NCBI GenBank assembly: GCA_011043415.1
Contig: DQXH01000040.1
Coordinates: 1 to 59,002 of the forward strand
Length of the DNA: 59,002 nucleotides
Source of the DNA: Thermoprotei archaeon
Lineage (GTDB): Archaea > Thermoproteota > Nitrososphaeria > Geothermarchaeales > JDFR-13
Direction of reading: 5' to 3'
How positions within the stretch are numbered: position 1 is the stretch's first letter; each line of letters starts with the position of its first letter. The translations under genes and the position numbers were made by a program. The notes under the pieces are model-generated. The model was not told where the DNA came from and did not search any database. It was given only the letters and a program-made list of their open reading frames with translations. Positions 40,384 to 49,059 of this stretch are shown here, one piece after another.

Positions 40384-40518
40384 CTTATAATATAGATTCA
40401 GTAATCACTTAAAATAATATGTTTAAGCTCTAGCTACATTAATATCTAGTTATTTTATAAAAATAGATGTTTAACCCGAATTTTCTTATTATCACGATGA
40501 TACATTTAATATATAGTA

Positions 40519-41538
40519 ATGAATCCCTGGGAAAAGTTGAAGCCACCTTTAAAATGTGATGTACTCGAGGAGGAAGCATTCTCTAAAGCCTCTAAAGCCG
40601 CAAATAAAATACCTTACCAAGGTAAGTTACGCACAGCGAGGAGGAGAGAAGAAGCACGTGTAATGGTTCTTGCAAATGTATTTGAAAAACATCTGAATAG
40701 GGCGATTAAGATCCTATCGACATATTTCGAGACAGATGAATTCTATAGGGAGTTAGTAAAACTTTACTTCAGCGAGGGAGATATAAAGAGGATATTAAAA
40801 AGATTTAGAGGTCTTCTAGAAGTCATAAATAAAATTAGAGGAGATTATATACATCGAATCAGTAGAGAAGAGGATATATCTAAATTAACCAGAATTCGAC
40901 GTGAAGCACAGGGTAGGATAGCCTCCCTGATAAAAGATATCGCTGAGGATATGGATATAGTGATAGACCTTTATAAATACTGTAGAAGACTACCTAGTTT
41001 AGATCTCGAATACCCAGTTTTTATAGTTGCTGGAGCCCCGAATACAGGTAAATCATCATTAGTGAAAAAACTATCTACAGCCAATGTAAAAATAGCGAGT
41101 TATCCCTTCACTACAAAGGAGATTCATGTAGGTCATATGAGAGAGAATTATTTTATAGCACAATTCATAGACACTCCAGGTCTTTTAGATAGGCCTATAT
41201 CTGAGAAGAATCCCGTCGAAATGAAAGCGATCCTAGCATTGAAATACTTAAAAGGAGAAATAATATATCTTTTTGACCCAAGTCCAGAGAGATACTATGA
41301 TCCCGATAAACAATTTAATATATATTTCAGTATCACTGAATCCTTCCCTGATAAAGAAGTCTTACCTGTAATTAATAAGGTAGATTATATAGATGGAAAT
41401 GTATATAACGAAATTAAAAAAAGGTTGGAGAACCTGGATTACCTCGAGATCTCAATATTAAAAGATATTAACATATCTATGTTAAAGAAAAAGATTATTG
41501 AATATATTAAGAAAAATTATCTAAAGCTTAGGACATAA
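40519..41538 (+). CDS. NOG1-family GTPase
   Basis: N-terminal NOG1 helical domain, G1 GAPNTGKSS, G2 PFTT, G3 DTPG, G4 NKVD. Confidence 0.85.
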   Translation: MNPWEKLKPPLKCDVLEEEAFSKASKAANKIPYQGKLRTARRREEARVMVLANVFEKHLNRAIKILSTYFETDEFYRELVKLYFSEGDIKRILKRFRGLLEVINKIRGDYIHRISREEDISKLTRIRREAQGRIASLIKDIAEDMDIVIDLYKYCRRLPSLDLEYPVFIVAGAPNTGKSSLVKKLSTANVKIASYPFTTKEIHVGHMRENYFIAQFIDTPGLLDRPISEKNPVEMKAILALKYLKGEIIYLFDPSPERYYDPDKQFNIYFSITESFPDKEVLPVINKVDYIDGNVYNEIKKRLENLDYLEISILKDINISMLKKKIIEYIKKNYLKLRT

Positions 41539-42539
41539 TAAGACTGTCTTTTTTCAATCATAATTTTCTTATCACTAAATAACTTAGCGACATATATCGC
41601 AGAATCCATATGCGGAGTATATTCTGGAACCGAATATAACACCTTTGAGTCCGCAAGAGTCGCTATAGGGATTATCATATCACCAGCATGGATATCGAGA
41701 CTGGCCTTAGACAAATACCATGATTTAAATTTTATAAAAGCCTCTTCTGATACTTTTTCGGCAGGTTTCCCACGCTCTCCTAAGGAGTCACCACCGGATA
41801 CAAAGCTATCATATATTCCAGCTAAAACTATAGAGGTACCCGGATCCAATGAGTCACGTCCATACTCGTCAAAGACTTCTAGAGGGACGTCTATAAAACC
41901 TTTAATTAACTTCTCTATAGTCTCCCGCTGCCTATTCAAAACATGTCTAGGAAGCTTGTATACAACGTTATAGACTAATACTTTAGATATACTATTTCTC
42001 TCTATCCTCTCCCACCCCTTCAACTCCGCTGGCTCAACATAAACATCAACTATACCTCCACCCCGAGGATAAAATCCGCGTCTACGTATTTTAATATCGA
42101 TGAAACCCCCATACAGGTGGATCAGTCTCGAGTATATTGCTTTCATATAGTCAATAGGTGGACTCCATCTAACGTCTGTACCACCTTTTAACGTAAATTG
42201 AGAGGGGGAATCAGCTAATAATAACGGTGGTATCAATGCTTGTAGAATGAGTGAAATACTTCCAGCGGTCCCTATATCATATGTTCCTCTAATTGCCTTT
42301 ATCTTTGAGAAATTCATCGTAACTCTAGTGGATCCTACATATAATCCGTCGATATAACCCCCAAATACATTATTCATTATTTTAAGTAATGTCATATGCT
42401 GTGGACGTAAACCAGGATTAGGTCGTTTAACTCGGATATTGTATACTTCAACCTTAGTATTAAAGGCTGCTGCATATGAAGCGGCATACCTAAGTATCTG
42501 TCCACCGCCTTCTCCGTAACTTCCATCTATACTTATCAT
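41517..42539 (-). CDS. rtcA: RNA 3'-terminal phosphate cyclase
   Basis: MISIDGSYGEGGGQILRYA..., RPGL.PQH, active-site His region DIHAGDMIIP. ATG at M12 of the track ORF. Confidence 0.9.
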   Translation of the reverse strand: MISIDGSYGEGGGQILRYAASYAAAFNTKVEVYNIRVKRPNPGLRPQHMTLLKIMNNVFGGYIDGLYVGSTRVTMNFSKIKAIRGTYDIGTAGSISLILQALIPPLLLADSPSQFTLKGGTDVRWSPPIDYMKAIYSRLIHLYGGFIDIKIRRRGFYPRGGGIVDVYVEPAELKGWERIERNSISKVLVYNVVYKLPRHVLNRQRETIEKLIKGFIDVPLEVFDEYGRDSLDPGTSIVLAGIYDSFVSGGDSLGERGKPAEKVSEEAFIKFKSWYLSKASLDIHAGDMIIPIATLADSKVLYSVPEYTPHMDSAIYVAKLFSDKKIMIEKRQSYYVLSFR

Positions 42540-42572
42540 ATTTATCAATTGATTAAGTTTCAAACCCTTCAA

Positions 42573-42971
42573 TTATGTAGGTTTAACCCTCATTATCATT
42601 CTTCTACCCATAATCTCCCAATACTCTACATTAACTCCAGGTTCAAGCTTCTCCTTTATCGACTCATCCTCTGGAATCAATGTCTCAAATACCTCGTATG
42701 TCTCTAAATCCATAAGTTGAATCACATCCGAAATCGCCACTACCTGGGCGGTTCTCTTATTTATAATGGGAATCTCGACTTGACTATCTACAGGTCCTAC
42801 AATACTTCTTTTAACCCCATCAAAAATCCCTATTGCCGTTACCCTAGCCTTCGCACTACCGTGTTTACCTGGTTTAGACTTCTCTATACTAACAACTTTA
42901 CAGGGTTCTCCGTCAATGACCACTAAATTACCTGGTTTTAAAGATCCTAGGTCGACGGGTCTTGTACTCAT
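42573..42971 (-). CDS. eif5a: Translation initiation factor 5A (hypusine-containing)
   Basis: Hypusination loop [13 protein letters not shown]; SH3-like + OB fold length (132 aa). Confidence 0.93.
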   Translation of the reverse strand: MSTRPVDLGSLKPGNLVVIDGEPCKVVSIEKSKPGKHGSAKARVTAIGIFDGVKRSIVGPVDSQVEIPIINKRTAQVVAISDVIQLMDLETYEVFETLIPEDESIKEKLEPGVNVEYWEIMGRRMIMRVKPT

Positions 42972-43040
42972 ATCATCACCATTAAATGATGTAGATACTA
43001 TAATAATAATTTTCTAAATATATTTAAGGGGGTTATCTGT

Positions 43041-43910
43041 ATGAAGCAGACTATTTTAAAGAAGATTGGAGTCGTGATCTCCGAGCGTAATGATAAGGCG
43101 ATTGAAATAGGAAGAGATACATTAAGATACTTACTAGATAATGGTATTAATTTAATTGTATACCCATCAAAATTCTGCAAATTCCTGGGTTATAACAATA
43201 TCGAATACACAAATTCTATCCAAGAATTATCTGGTGATATAATAATCAGTATAGGTGGCGATGGAACAGTATTAAGGACATTTCTTTTTCTTAAAGATAA
43301 AGAAACTCCGGTTATGGGAATAGGATTAGGCGAAAAGAATTTTCTAGCATCTATACCTGGAGACAATTTTATGGAGGGGTTAAAACGGTTACTTGATGGA
43401 AAATTTTATATAAGGAGGGAGATGAGGTTAAATACTGAAATAGAGGGATTAACATATACTCTACCACCTGTTTTAAATGAAGTACTGTTTATTACTGGGA
43501 CTCCAGGTAAAACTATCGACGCATATCTTGCAATCGATAAATATGGTAAGGAGATATTATGGAGTTCTAAGGCTGACGGAGTTTTAATATCTACGCCAGT
43601 GGGATCTACAGCTTATGCATTTGCAGCGGATGGACCCGTTTTAGACACTGATTTAGATGCTATATTAATAGTACCCCTCTTACCCGTCGATAGGAAACCA
43701 ATTTATGTTGTAAATTCAGACATGACTATACATACATGGGCCTCAGAGAAGAGAAGTAGACCGATGGTGGTATTAGATGGGCAAATCACAATAGAATTAG
43801 AGTGTAATCAAGTCGTTAAAGTATTTAAAGCAGATACCCCAGCAAACTTAATTACATTTGATAAGAAAACAAATATAGTTAGATTGAGGAAGGCCTCCGG
43901 ATATGCATAA
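43041..43910 (+). CDS. nadK: NAD kinase
   Basis: GGDGTVLR, NEV, STPVGSTAYAFAADGP motifs. Confidence 0.9.
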   Translation: MKQTILKKIGVVISERNDKAIEIGRDTLRYLLDNGINLIVYPSKFCKFLGYNNIEYTNSIQELSGDIIISIGGDGTVLRTFLFLKDKETPVMGIGLGEKNFLASIPGDNFMEGLKRLLDGKFYIRREMRLNTEIEGLTYTLPPVLNEVLFITGTPGKTIDAYLAIDKYGKEILWSSKADGVLISTPVGSTAYAFAADGPVLDTDLDAILIVPLLPVDRKPIYVVNSDMTIHTWASEKRSRPMVVLDGQITIELECNQVVKVFKADTPANLITFDKKTNIVRLRKASGYA

Positions 43911-44415
43911 TAAAAGATATAGGATAATAGACACTACAGCACTATTAATGTGGCATATACCATTTGATACAGATGTAATTAATGTTACAACGGATAGTGT
44001 ATTAAAGGAAATTAAAAAAGATGAACTTACAAAGTCGATCGTAGATAGCTATTTAGAGGCTAAAAGAATAATTGTGAAGAAGCCGAAGAAGGAGTATATT
44101 GATAGGGCGTATAGGCTAGCGCTCGAGACTGGTGATAAAATTAAAATGTCAGACACAGATATAGAAATTGTTGCATTAGCATTACAATTAGCCGATGAAG
44201 GATCTGATGTTGAGGTTATAACAGATGACTACTCAATCCAGAATATTCTACAGCGGATGAATATCAACATACTGAGTTACTTTAGGAAGATTAAAAACAT
44301 ATATAACTGGGTTCTAGTCTGCGAAAAATGCGGAAAGAAGTATCCAAACGATTACGATAAAGAATATTGCGAAATCTGTGGAGGTAGAATCATTAGAAAG
44401 AGAAAAAATCTATAG
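43903..44415 (+). CDS. nob1: Nob1-like endonuclease (PIN domain + C-terminal zinc ribbon)
   Basis: PIN start RIIDTTALL..., acidic residues DTDIE/TDD, then CEKCGKKY...CEICGG. Confidence 0.75.
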   Translation: MHNKRYRIIDTTALLMWHIPFDTDVINVTTDSVLKEIKKDELTKSIVDSYLEAKRIIVKKPKKEYIDRAYRLALETGDKIKMSDTDIEIVALALQLADEGSDVEVITDDYSIQNILQRMNINILSYFRKIKNIYNWVLVCEKCGKKYPNDYDKEYCEICGGRIIRKRKNL

Positions 44416-44499
44416 TGTTTACTTTCACTGATGTCTCAGAGTATATGTAATCCAATCTCTTAAAATAAAATTATTTGGTATGCATTTATATGGAGAGAC

Positions 44500-45675
44500 A
44501 TGAGTGTTTTTAAAAGCAAAGAGAAATTACTGCCTAGTCATATACCAGATAAGATGCCCCATAGAGAAGAGAAGTTTAAGGAATTACTTGATTACTTTAA
44601 TCAAGTTATAAAAAATGAGATTAATTATACGCATGTTTTCATAATCGGTAATACGGGTACTGGAAAAACCCTCGTTGCCAGACGTTTCGAAAGTACTATT
44701 AATGAAAAAAATATAGAGGATATAATCACAATCTATGTAAACGCTAGGATTGAGAGAATCCCAGGTAATATTGTGAGGCAGATGATTAAGAGAGTTTCTC
44801 CATACCTTCCGATTAGAGGATATTCTGTCGAGGAAATGTATTTGCATATGCTATTAAGCGTGTTAGAAAGTGGGAAAAAAATACTTTTGATATTAGATGA
44901 CGCTGATCACATTTTTGAAAAATACCCCGAATTTATATATAAATTGAGTAGAGTAGAGGAATTACTTGAGAACAAACCAAATCCACTTTCAATATTATTT
45001 ATATTACATAATAAATATGCATTAAGTAGGTTAGATTCTTGGACTTTAGCTGGATTACGGAAGAATATACTGTATTTTGAGGATTATGATTATGATGAAT
45101 TAGTTGATATATTATCATTCCGTGCCCAAGAAGCTTTTAATGAGGGAGCAATTGAGGATAGTGCTATTGAAGCCGCCGCAGATATAGCTTCAGTATATAC
45201 TTATAATGCTAGATATGGAATAGAGCTGCTTTTAAGAGCCGGAGAGATCGTGGATAAAAAAGGAGAGAACGTAGTGAAAGCGGAACATGTGAGAATGGCT
45301 AGATTTGAGGTCCCACCTTCGTTTTCATATGACGATATAGCTAGCCTACGTTTGCATGAGAAGATACTTTTATATGCACTAGCTGAAAAACTGAGCTCTG
45401 AAGATCGTTCATTTGTGACGACCGGGGAGCTCGAGAGGAGATATAGAGAGATATCATTTTATTTTAATGTAGATCCAGCGGGACATACATGGTTCTGGAA
45501 GATGATAGACACGTTATCATCATTTGGAATCGTCTCTAAAAGGATAGTATCTAAAGATATCAGGGGGAGAACTACTCTAATTGGTCTCCCATCCTTCTCG
45601 GCTAGCATGCTACTTAATAAACTAAAGGAGATGATTACAAATGAAATCAATAAATATAAAGAGTATCAACTTTAA
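44500..45675 (+). CDS. cdc6: Orc1/Cdc6 replication initiator
   Basis: HREEKF, Walker A GNTGTGKT, Walker B LILDDADH, C-terminal winged helix. Confidence 0.9.
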   Translation: MSVFKSKEKLLPSHIPDKMPHREEKFKELLDYFNQVIKNEINYTHVFIIGNTGTGKTLVARRFESTINEKNIEDIITIYVNARIERIPGNIVRQMIKRVSPYLPIRGYSVEEMYLHMLLSVLESGKKILLILDDADHIFEKYPEFIYKLSRVEELLENKPNPLSILFILHNKYALSRLDSWTLAGLRKNILYFEDYDYDELVDILSFRAQEAFNEGAIEDSAIEAAADIASVYTYNARYGIELLLRAGEIVDKKGENVVKAEHVRMARFEVPPSFSYDDIASLRLHEKILLYALAEKLSSEDRSFVTTGELERRYREISFYFNVDPAGHTWFWKMIDTLSSFGIVSKRIVSKDIRGRTTLIGLPSFSASMLLNKLKEMITNEINKYKEYQL

Positions 45676-45949
45676 TGAGGTAGTTTCACCAATTAAATTC
45701 AAAATTATTGAATACTTATATGATAACCAGTATGCGACCTTAGCAACGTTAATTCAACATTGTAGGACAAGCTATGTTAACATAATGAAGCATATAGAAG
45801 CATTAAAGAAAATGAATGTACTCCGAGAACATAGGATAAATAAGATCAGGGTATTTAGCCTAAATTATGATAGCAATTATACAAAGATATATTTGACATT
45901 TATTTTTGACTTGAAGAGAGTTTTAAACCAAGAAACTTATTTTGTTTAG
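45641..45949 (+). CDS. Small winged-helix (ArsR-like) DNA-binding protein
   Basis: KIIEYLYDNQYATLATLIQHCRTSYVNIMKHIEALKKMNVLREHRINKIRVFSL. AAGGAG lies 11 nt upstream of the ATG. Overlaps the cdc6 3' end by 35 nt. Confidence 0.55.
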   Translation: MKSINIKSINFNEVVSPIKFKIIEYLYDNQYATLATLIQHCRTSYVNIMKHIEALKKMNVLREHRINKIRVFSLNYDSNYTKIYLTFIFDLKRVLNQETYFV

Positions 45950-46283
45950 CTAGATATATATTAAGAATATTTTTATTATTCAGACAGTCATCACATATAC
46001 AAATAGTCACATCCCTCTTACAATTGTTTCTAAATTCACATTTCTCACAATCCACATATTTACCGCATATGAAGCATCTGACCTCTGGAGTCAAGATAAG
46101 CCCTAATCTTGCAAGTATTTTATTCAAATTGCTTAATGCATAGTAATCTCTAACAATGAAACCCTTCCCTTTAATATATTCAACCCCCTTAATCCTCACC
46201 ACCTCTCTAAATAAATTCCCTAACCTTCTAGGGATTGAGAATGTTTCACCGTATCTGATCTTCATATATTGCATTGCTACCAC
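45900..46283 (-). CDS. Uncharacterised 8-Cys (Zn or Fe-S) protein co-transcribed with RFC
   Basis: 127 aa; the C-terminal half reads CFIC-x5-CEKC-x5-C-x6-CIC-x2-C. Start overlaps the rfcL stop by 7 nt. Confidence 0.5.
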   Translation of the reverse strand: MVAMQYMKIRYGETFSIPRRLGNLFREVVRIKGVEYIKGKGFIVRDYYALSNLNKILARLGLILTPEVRCFICGKYVDCEKCEFRNNCKRDVTICICDDCLNNKNILNIYLAKQNKFLGLKLSSSQK

Positions 46284-47470
46284 CCATAAACTTTCTTAAC
46301 CCATTCACACAGTTTAGAATACTTTCTTTTAACTAACTTACAGAAAGTCGGTAATGTATATAATGTAAACTTCCTTCTCGACTCATGGATCGATCTGCCT
46401 AATGCCTCAGATAATTCAGTAAATTCCTCTCTAGCGTCCCTATTAAATACAAATTTGTATAATCTATACTCTGGAATCCTACCATCATATACAGCACCAG
46501 ACCTATTTGCATTATAGATTAACCAAGCAATTAAATGACTTAGATAACGTAGGTAAAAGAACTGGCGCTCCTTATTCATTCTACCCAAGTATATGTCTAT
46601 CTTACTTAGAGCATCTAGTAATTGGATCTTAGCATCAAATTTTAAAACGGGGCTTCTGGCGATAATATCGAAGTAAGTATATATTACATCTTCCCACAGA
46701 CTTGAATTAGCATCTATCAACTGCTTTATTTCATAATATGATATGGATGAGGATAATCTTCTCAATAATTCATCTAGAGGAAGATTTTCAAGTGACTGTG
46801 AAATACTCTCCACAGGAATACCTAGGGAAGCTGCCTGAAGCATATTAATCGCCAACCTTGCATCACCTCGTGCCCTCTCTGCAATTTTCTTGATTATTTC
46901 ATAGTCAATTTTTAATCCTTCTCTCTCCACAATCCTTTTTAAAAGAATGATGATGTGCTTTGGAGTTAACTGTCTAAATTCAACTACCTTAAATAACTCA
47001 AATAGCTTCTTATGCTTTTGAGGATCAGGTACATTAGCCGCCGCTACAACTGGAAAATCTCTTTTACCAGCTATCTCTATAACCGCATCCAATCCACCAC
47101 GATCCTCTTTAGGATCTATTCCATCTATCTCGTCAAAAAATACAATTATACGCCTCTCCCTACCTGTAAAATATCTCTCTAATGTGTATGACCTGCCGAG
47201 CGAGCCTAATTTCTCATAAATCTTCTCGGCGGTTCTATATTCACTCGCGTTCAATTCAACAACATGATATGAAAAATCATTTGCTAATGCATGAACAGCC
47301 GTCGTCTTACCGATACCAGGAGGACCCACTAACAATATTCCAGGAAAATCAGATTTACCTTCCTCCCAATTTCTTAACCATCTAACTAATTCCAATTTAG
47401 CTTCTTCATTGCCAATTATCTCATTTAAACTACGTGGCCTATGCTTCTCAGTCCAAACCATTTCTACCAC
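46277..47470 (-). CDS. rfcL: Replication factor C large subunit
   Basis: W.EKHRP, LLVGPPGIGKTT, FFDEIDG; start overlaps the rfcS stop by 1 nt. Confidence 0.9.
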   Translation of the reverse strand: MVEMVWTEKHRPRSLNEIIGNEEAKLELVRWLRNWEEGKSDFPGILLVGPPGIGKTTAVHALANDFSYHVVELNASEYRTAEKIYEKLGSLGRSYTLERYFTGRERRIIVFFDEIDGIDPKEDRGGLDAVIEIAGKRDFPVVAAANVPDPQKHKKLFELFKVVEFRQLTPKHIIILLKRIVEREGLKIDYEIIKKIAERARGDARLAINMLQAASLGIPVESISQSLENLPLDELLRRLSSSISYYEIKQLIDANSSLWEDVIYTYFDIIARSPVLKFDAKIQLLDALSKIDIYLGRMNKERQFFYLRYLSHLIAWLIYNANRSGAVYDGRIPEYRLYKFVFNRDAREEFTELSEALGRSIHESRRKFTLYTLPTFCKLVKRKYSKLCEWVKKVYGW

Positions 47471-48447
47471 TATTGTCCACGGCTACCCAATAATCTACTG
47501 AGCTTAGCCAGCAATGCAGTTAATTGAATCTCATAATATGCACTTGTTAGTATCCGATATTCATACTCAGCTAATACCTCAGCTACTTCAGGCTGTAACA
47601 AATTCCTCATCATTAGCTCATTAAAGATTAATTTAATTACTTCTTGACCATCTAAATTAGATACACTTATAAAATCAAATAATAGATTTCTTGCACTATT
47701 GAAATCACCCATTCGTAGAGCATCTATCATTTTTACAATGGCTTCTGGAGTAGCCTTACCAACTATCGATTCAACATCTTTAACCGTAGGCTTCCCTCCT
47801 GTGACGGTGGATACCGACTGAAGAAGATTTATCGCCTTCCTCAAATCACCTAATGATGCTTCATAAATTTTATCTAAAACATCTGGAGAACATTCTACAC
47901 CCTCTGAATCACAGATCATCTTTAAATATTGAATAGCACCTTCCTTAGGAAGCCTCTTAAATCTAAATATAGCGGTTCTACTTTGAATCGGTGAAATTAT
48001 TCTAGTTATGTAATTACATATTAGTATAAATCTAGTTACCCTTGCATTAATCTCCATAATTCTCCTCAATGCCGTCTGGGCTTCGGAAGTCATCATATCA
48101 GCTTCGTCTAGAATTACGATTTTAAACGGTGCCTTCTCCGAAGGAGTAAAATACTGGGCAAATATTTTAACCCTCTCTCTAATTACATTAATCCCTCTCT
48201 CGTCAGATGCATTTAACTCCAATACATAATCTCTCCATTGACCACCATATATCTCTCTAGCTAATGCTAGGGCTGTTGTAGTCTTTCCAGTTCCTGGTGG
48301 TCCGGCGAACAACAGATGCGGCATCTCTTTAATATCACCCTTAAGCAGATTCTTCAAACCCTGTATAACCTCCTCCTGATCAACGATGTCATCCAGTTTC
48401 TTAGGGCGGTACTTTTCAATCCATAGTAACTCTAATCTTGTTGACAT
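47470..48447 (-). CDS. rfcS: Replication factor C small subunit
   Basis: WIEKYRP, FAGPPGTGKTT, ILDEADMMT, SR(T/C) motif SRTAIFRF. ATG at M4 of the track ORF (the track start is GTG at 48456). Confidence 0.93.
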   Translation of the reverse strand: MSTRLELLWIEKYRPKKLDDIVDQEEVIQGLKNLLKGDIKEMPHLLFAGPPGTGKTTTALALAREIYGGQWRDYVLELNASDERGINVIRERVKIFAQYFTPSEKAPFKIVILDEADMMTSEAQTALRRIMEINARVTRFILICNYITRIISPIQSRTAIFRFKRLPKEGAIQYLKMICDSEGVECSPDVLDKIYEASLGDLRKAINLLQSVSTVTGGKPTVKDVESIVGKATPEAIVKMIDALRMGDFNSARNLLFDFISVSNLDGQEVIKLIFNELMMRNLLQPEVAEVLAEYEYRILTSAYYEIQLTALLAKLSRLLGSRGQ

Positions 48448-48504
48448 GATTCTCACTAAATTAAAGATTATCTAAAAGAATATAATTAATTTGAGGAGAG
48501 GGGA

Positions 48505-49059
48505 GTGGATAAAAATAAATCGAATAGTGAGATAGAGTTGTTGAAGAGACTCGTGAAATTTCAATTAGTTGAAGTAGTCACTAATGTGAATCTAGACCCT
48601 ATAAAAACAGCTACATTTTCTTTAGATAGAAAGATAAGAGACTCGAAAATTAAAGTTCCTTTATGGCTTGCCGAGGAATTACTTAAGGATGGTAAGGTTA
48701 GAGTCTCTGAAAGCTTATTTAGTTGGCTAAACCAAGTTCTATGGAAGGAAAAAGCTAAATTTGATAAAAAAGGTGCATCCATCTCTAAACAAGATGATAA
48801 GTTTTACCCGAATATATTTCTAATAGAGGCTGCTTTAAAGTATGATAAAACTCTAGGATTCGATGAAAACACGATTACTAATGTTAAGAATCTAATCAGA
48901 TTGATTATAAATAAGAGGGTAGAGGCTATAGTTCGGATGGCGGAGAGTGGGGATACAAGGTTATTTGATAAACTCACACCTGAAGAAAAAGTTCTTTATA
49001 AGAATATCCGTAATATATTAGAGAATTGGATGGAGTTTACGGGAGTTGAAGAGTTATGA
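48505..49059 (+). CDS. gins23: GINS subunit Gins23 (Psf2/3-like)
   Basis: KVPLWLAEELLKDGKVRV (Psf2-type B-domain motif) followed by a helical A-domain. Lies directly upstream of mcm and overlaps it by 4 nt. GTG start with a purine-rich SD. Confidence 0.75.
   Translation: MDKNKSNSEIELLKRLVKFQLVEVVTNVNLDPIKTATFSLDRKIRDSKIKVPLWLAEELLKDGKVRVSESLFSWLNQVLWKEKAKFDKKGASISKQDDKFYPNIFLIEAALKYDKTLGFDENTITNVKNLIRLIINKRVEAIVRMAESGDTRLFDKLTPEEKVLYKNIRNILENWMEFTGVEEL

Noticed and set aside
40384-40518. 135-nt AT-rich spacer between psmB and nog1 as a candidate ncRNA or origin
   Set aside because: It is a divergent promoter region with TATA-like TTTTATAAAAATA. It has no repeats or stable stem-loops that I can see.
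42972-43040. C-box-like AATGATGT upstream of nadK as a C/D sRNA (with ORF 42998-43180 on the minus strand)
   Set aside because: There is no downstream CUGA D box or guide-length spacing. The minus-strand 60-aa ORF overlaps the nadK start and has no features.
44416-44499. Replication origin next to orc1/cdc6
   Set aside because: The intergenic region is only 84 nt. I see no ORB or mini-ORB-like inverted repeats and no extended AT-rich unwinding element. It looks like an ordinary TATA plus SD promoter region.
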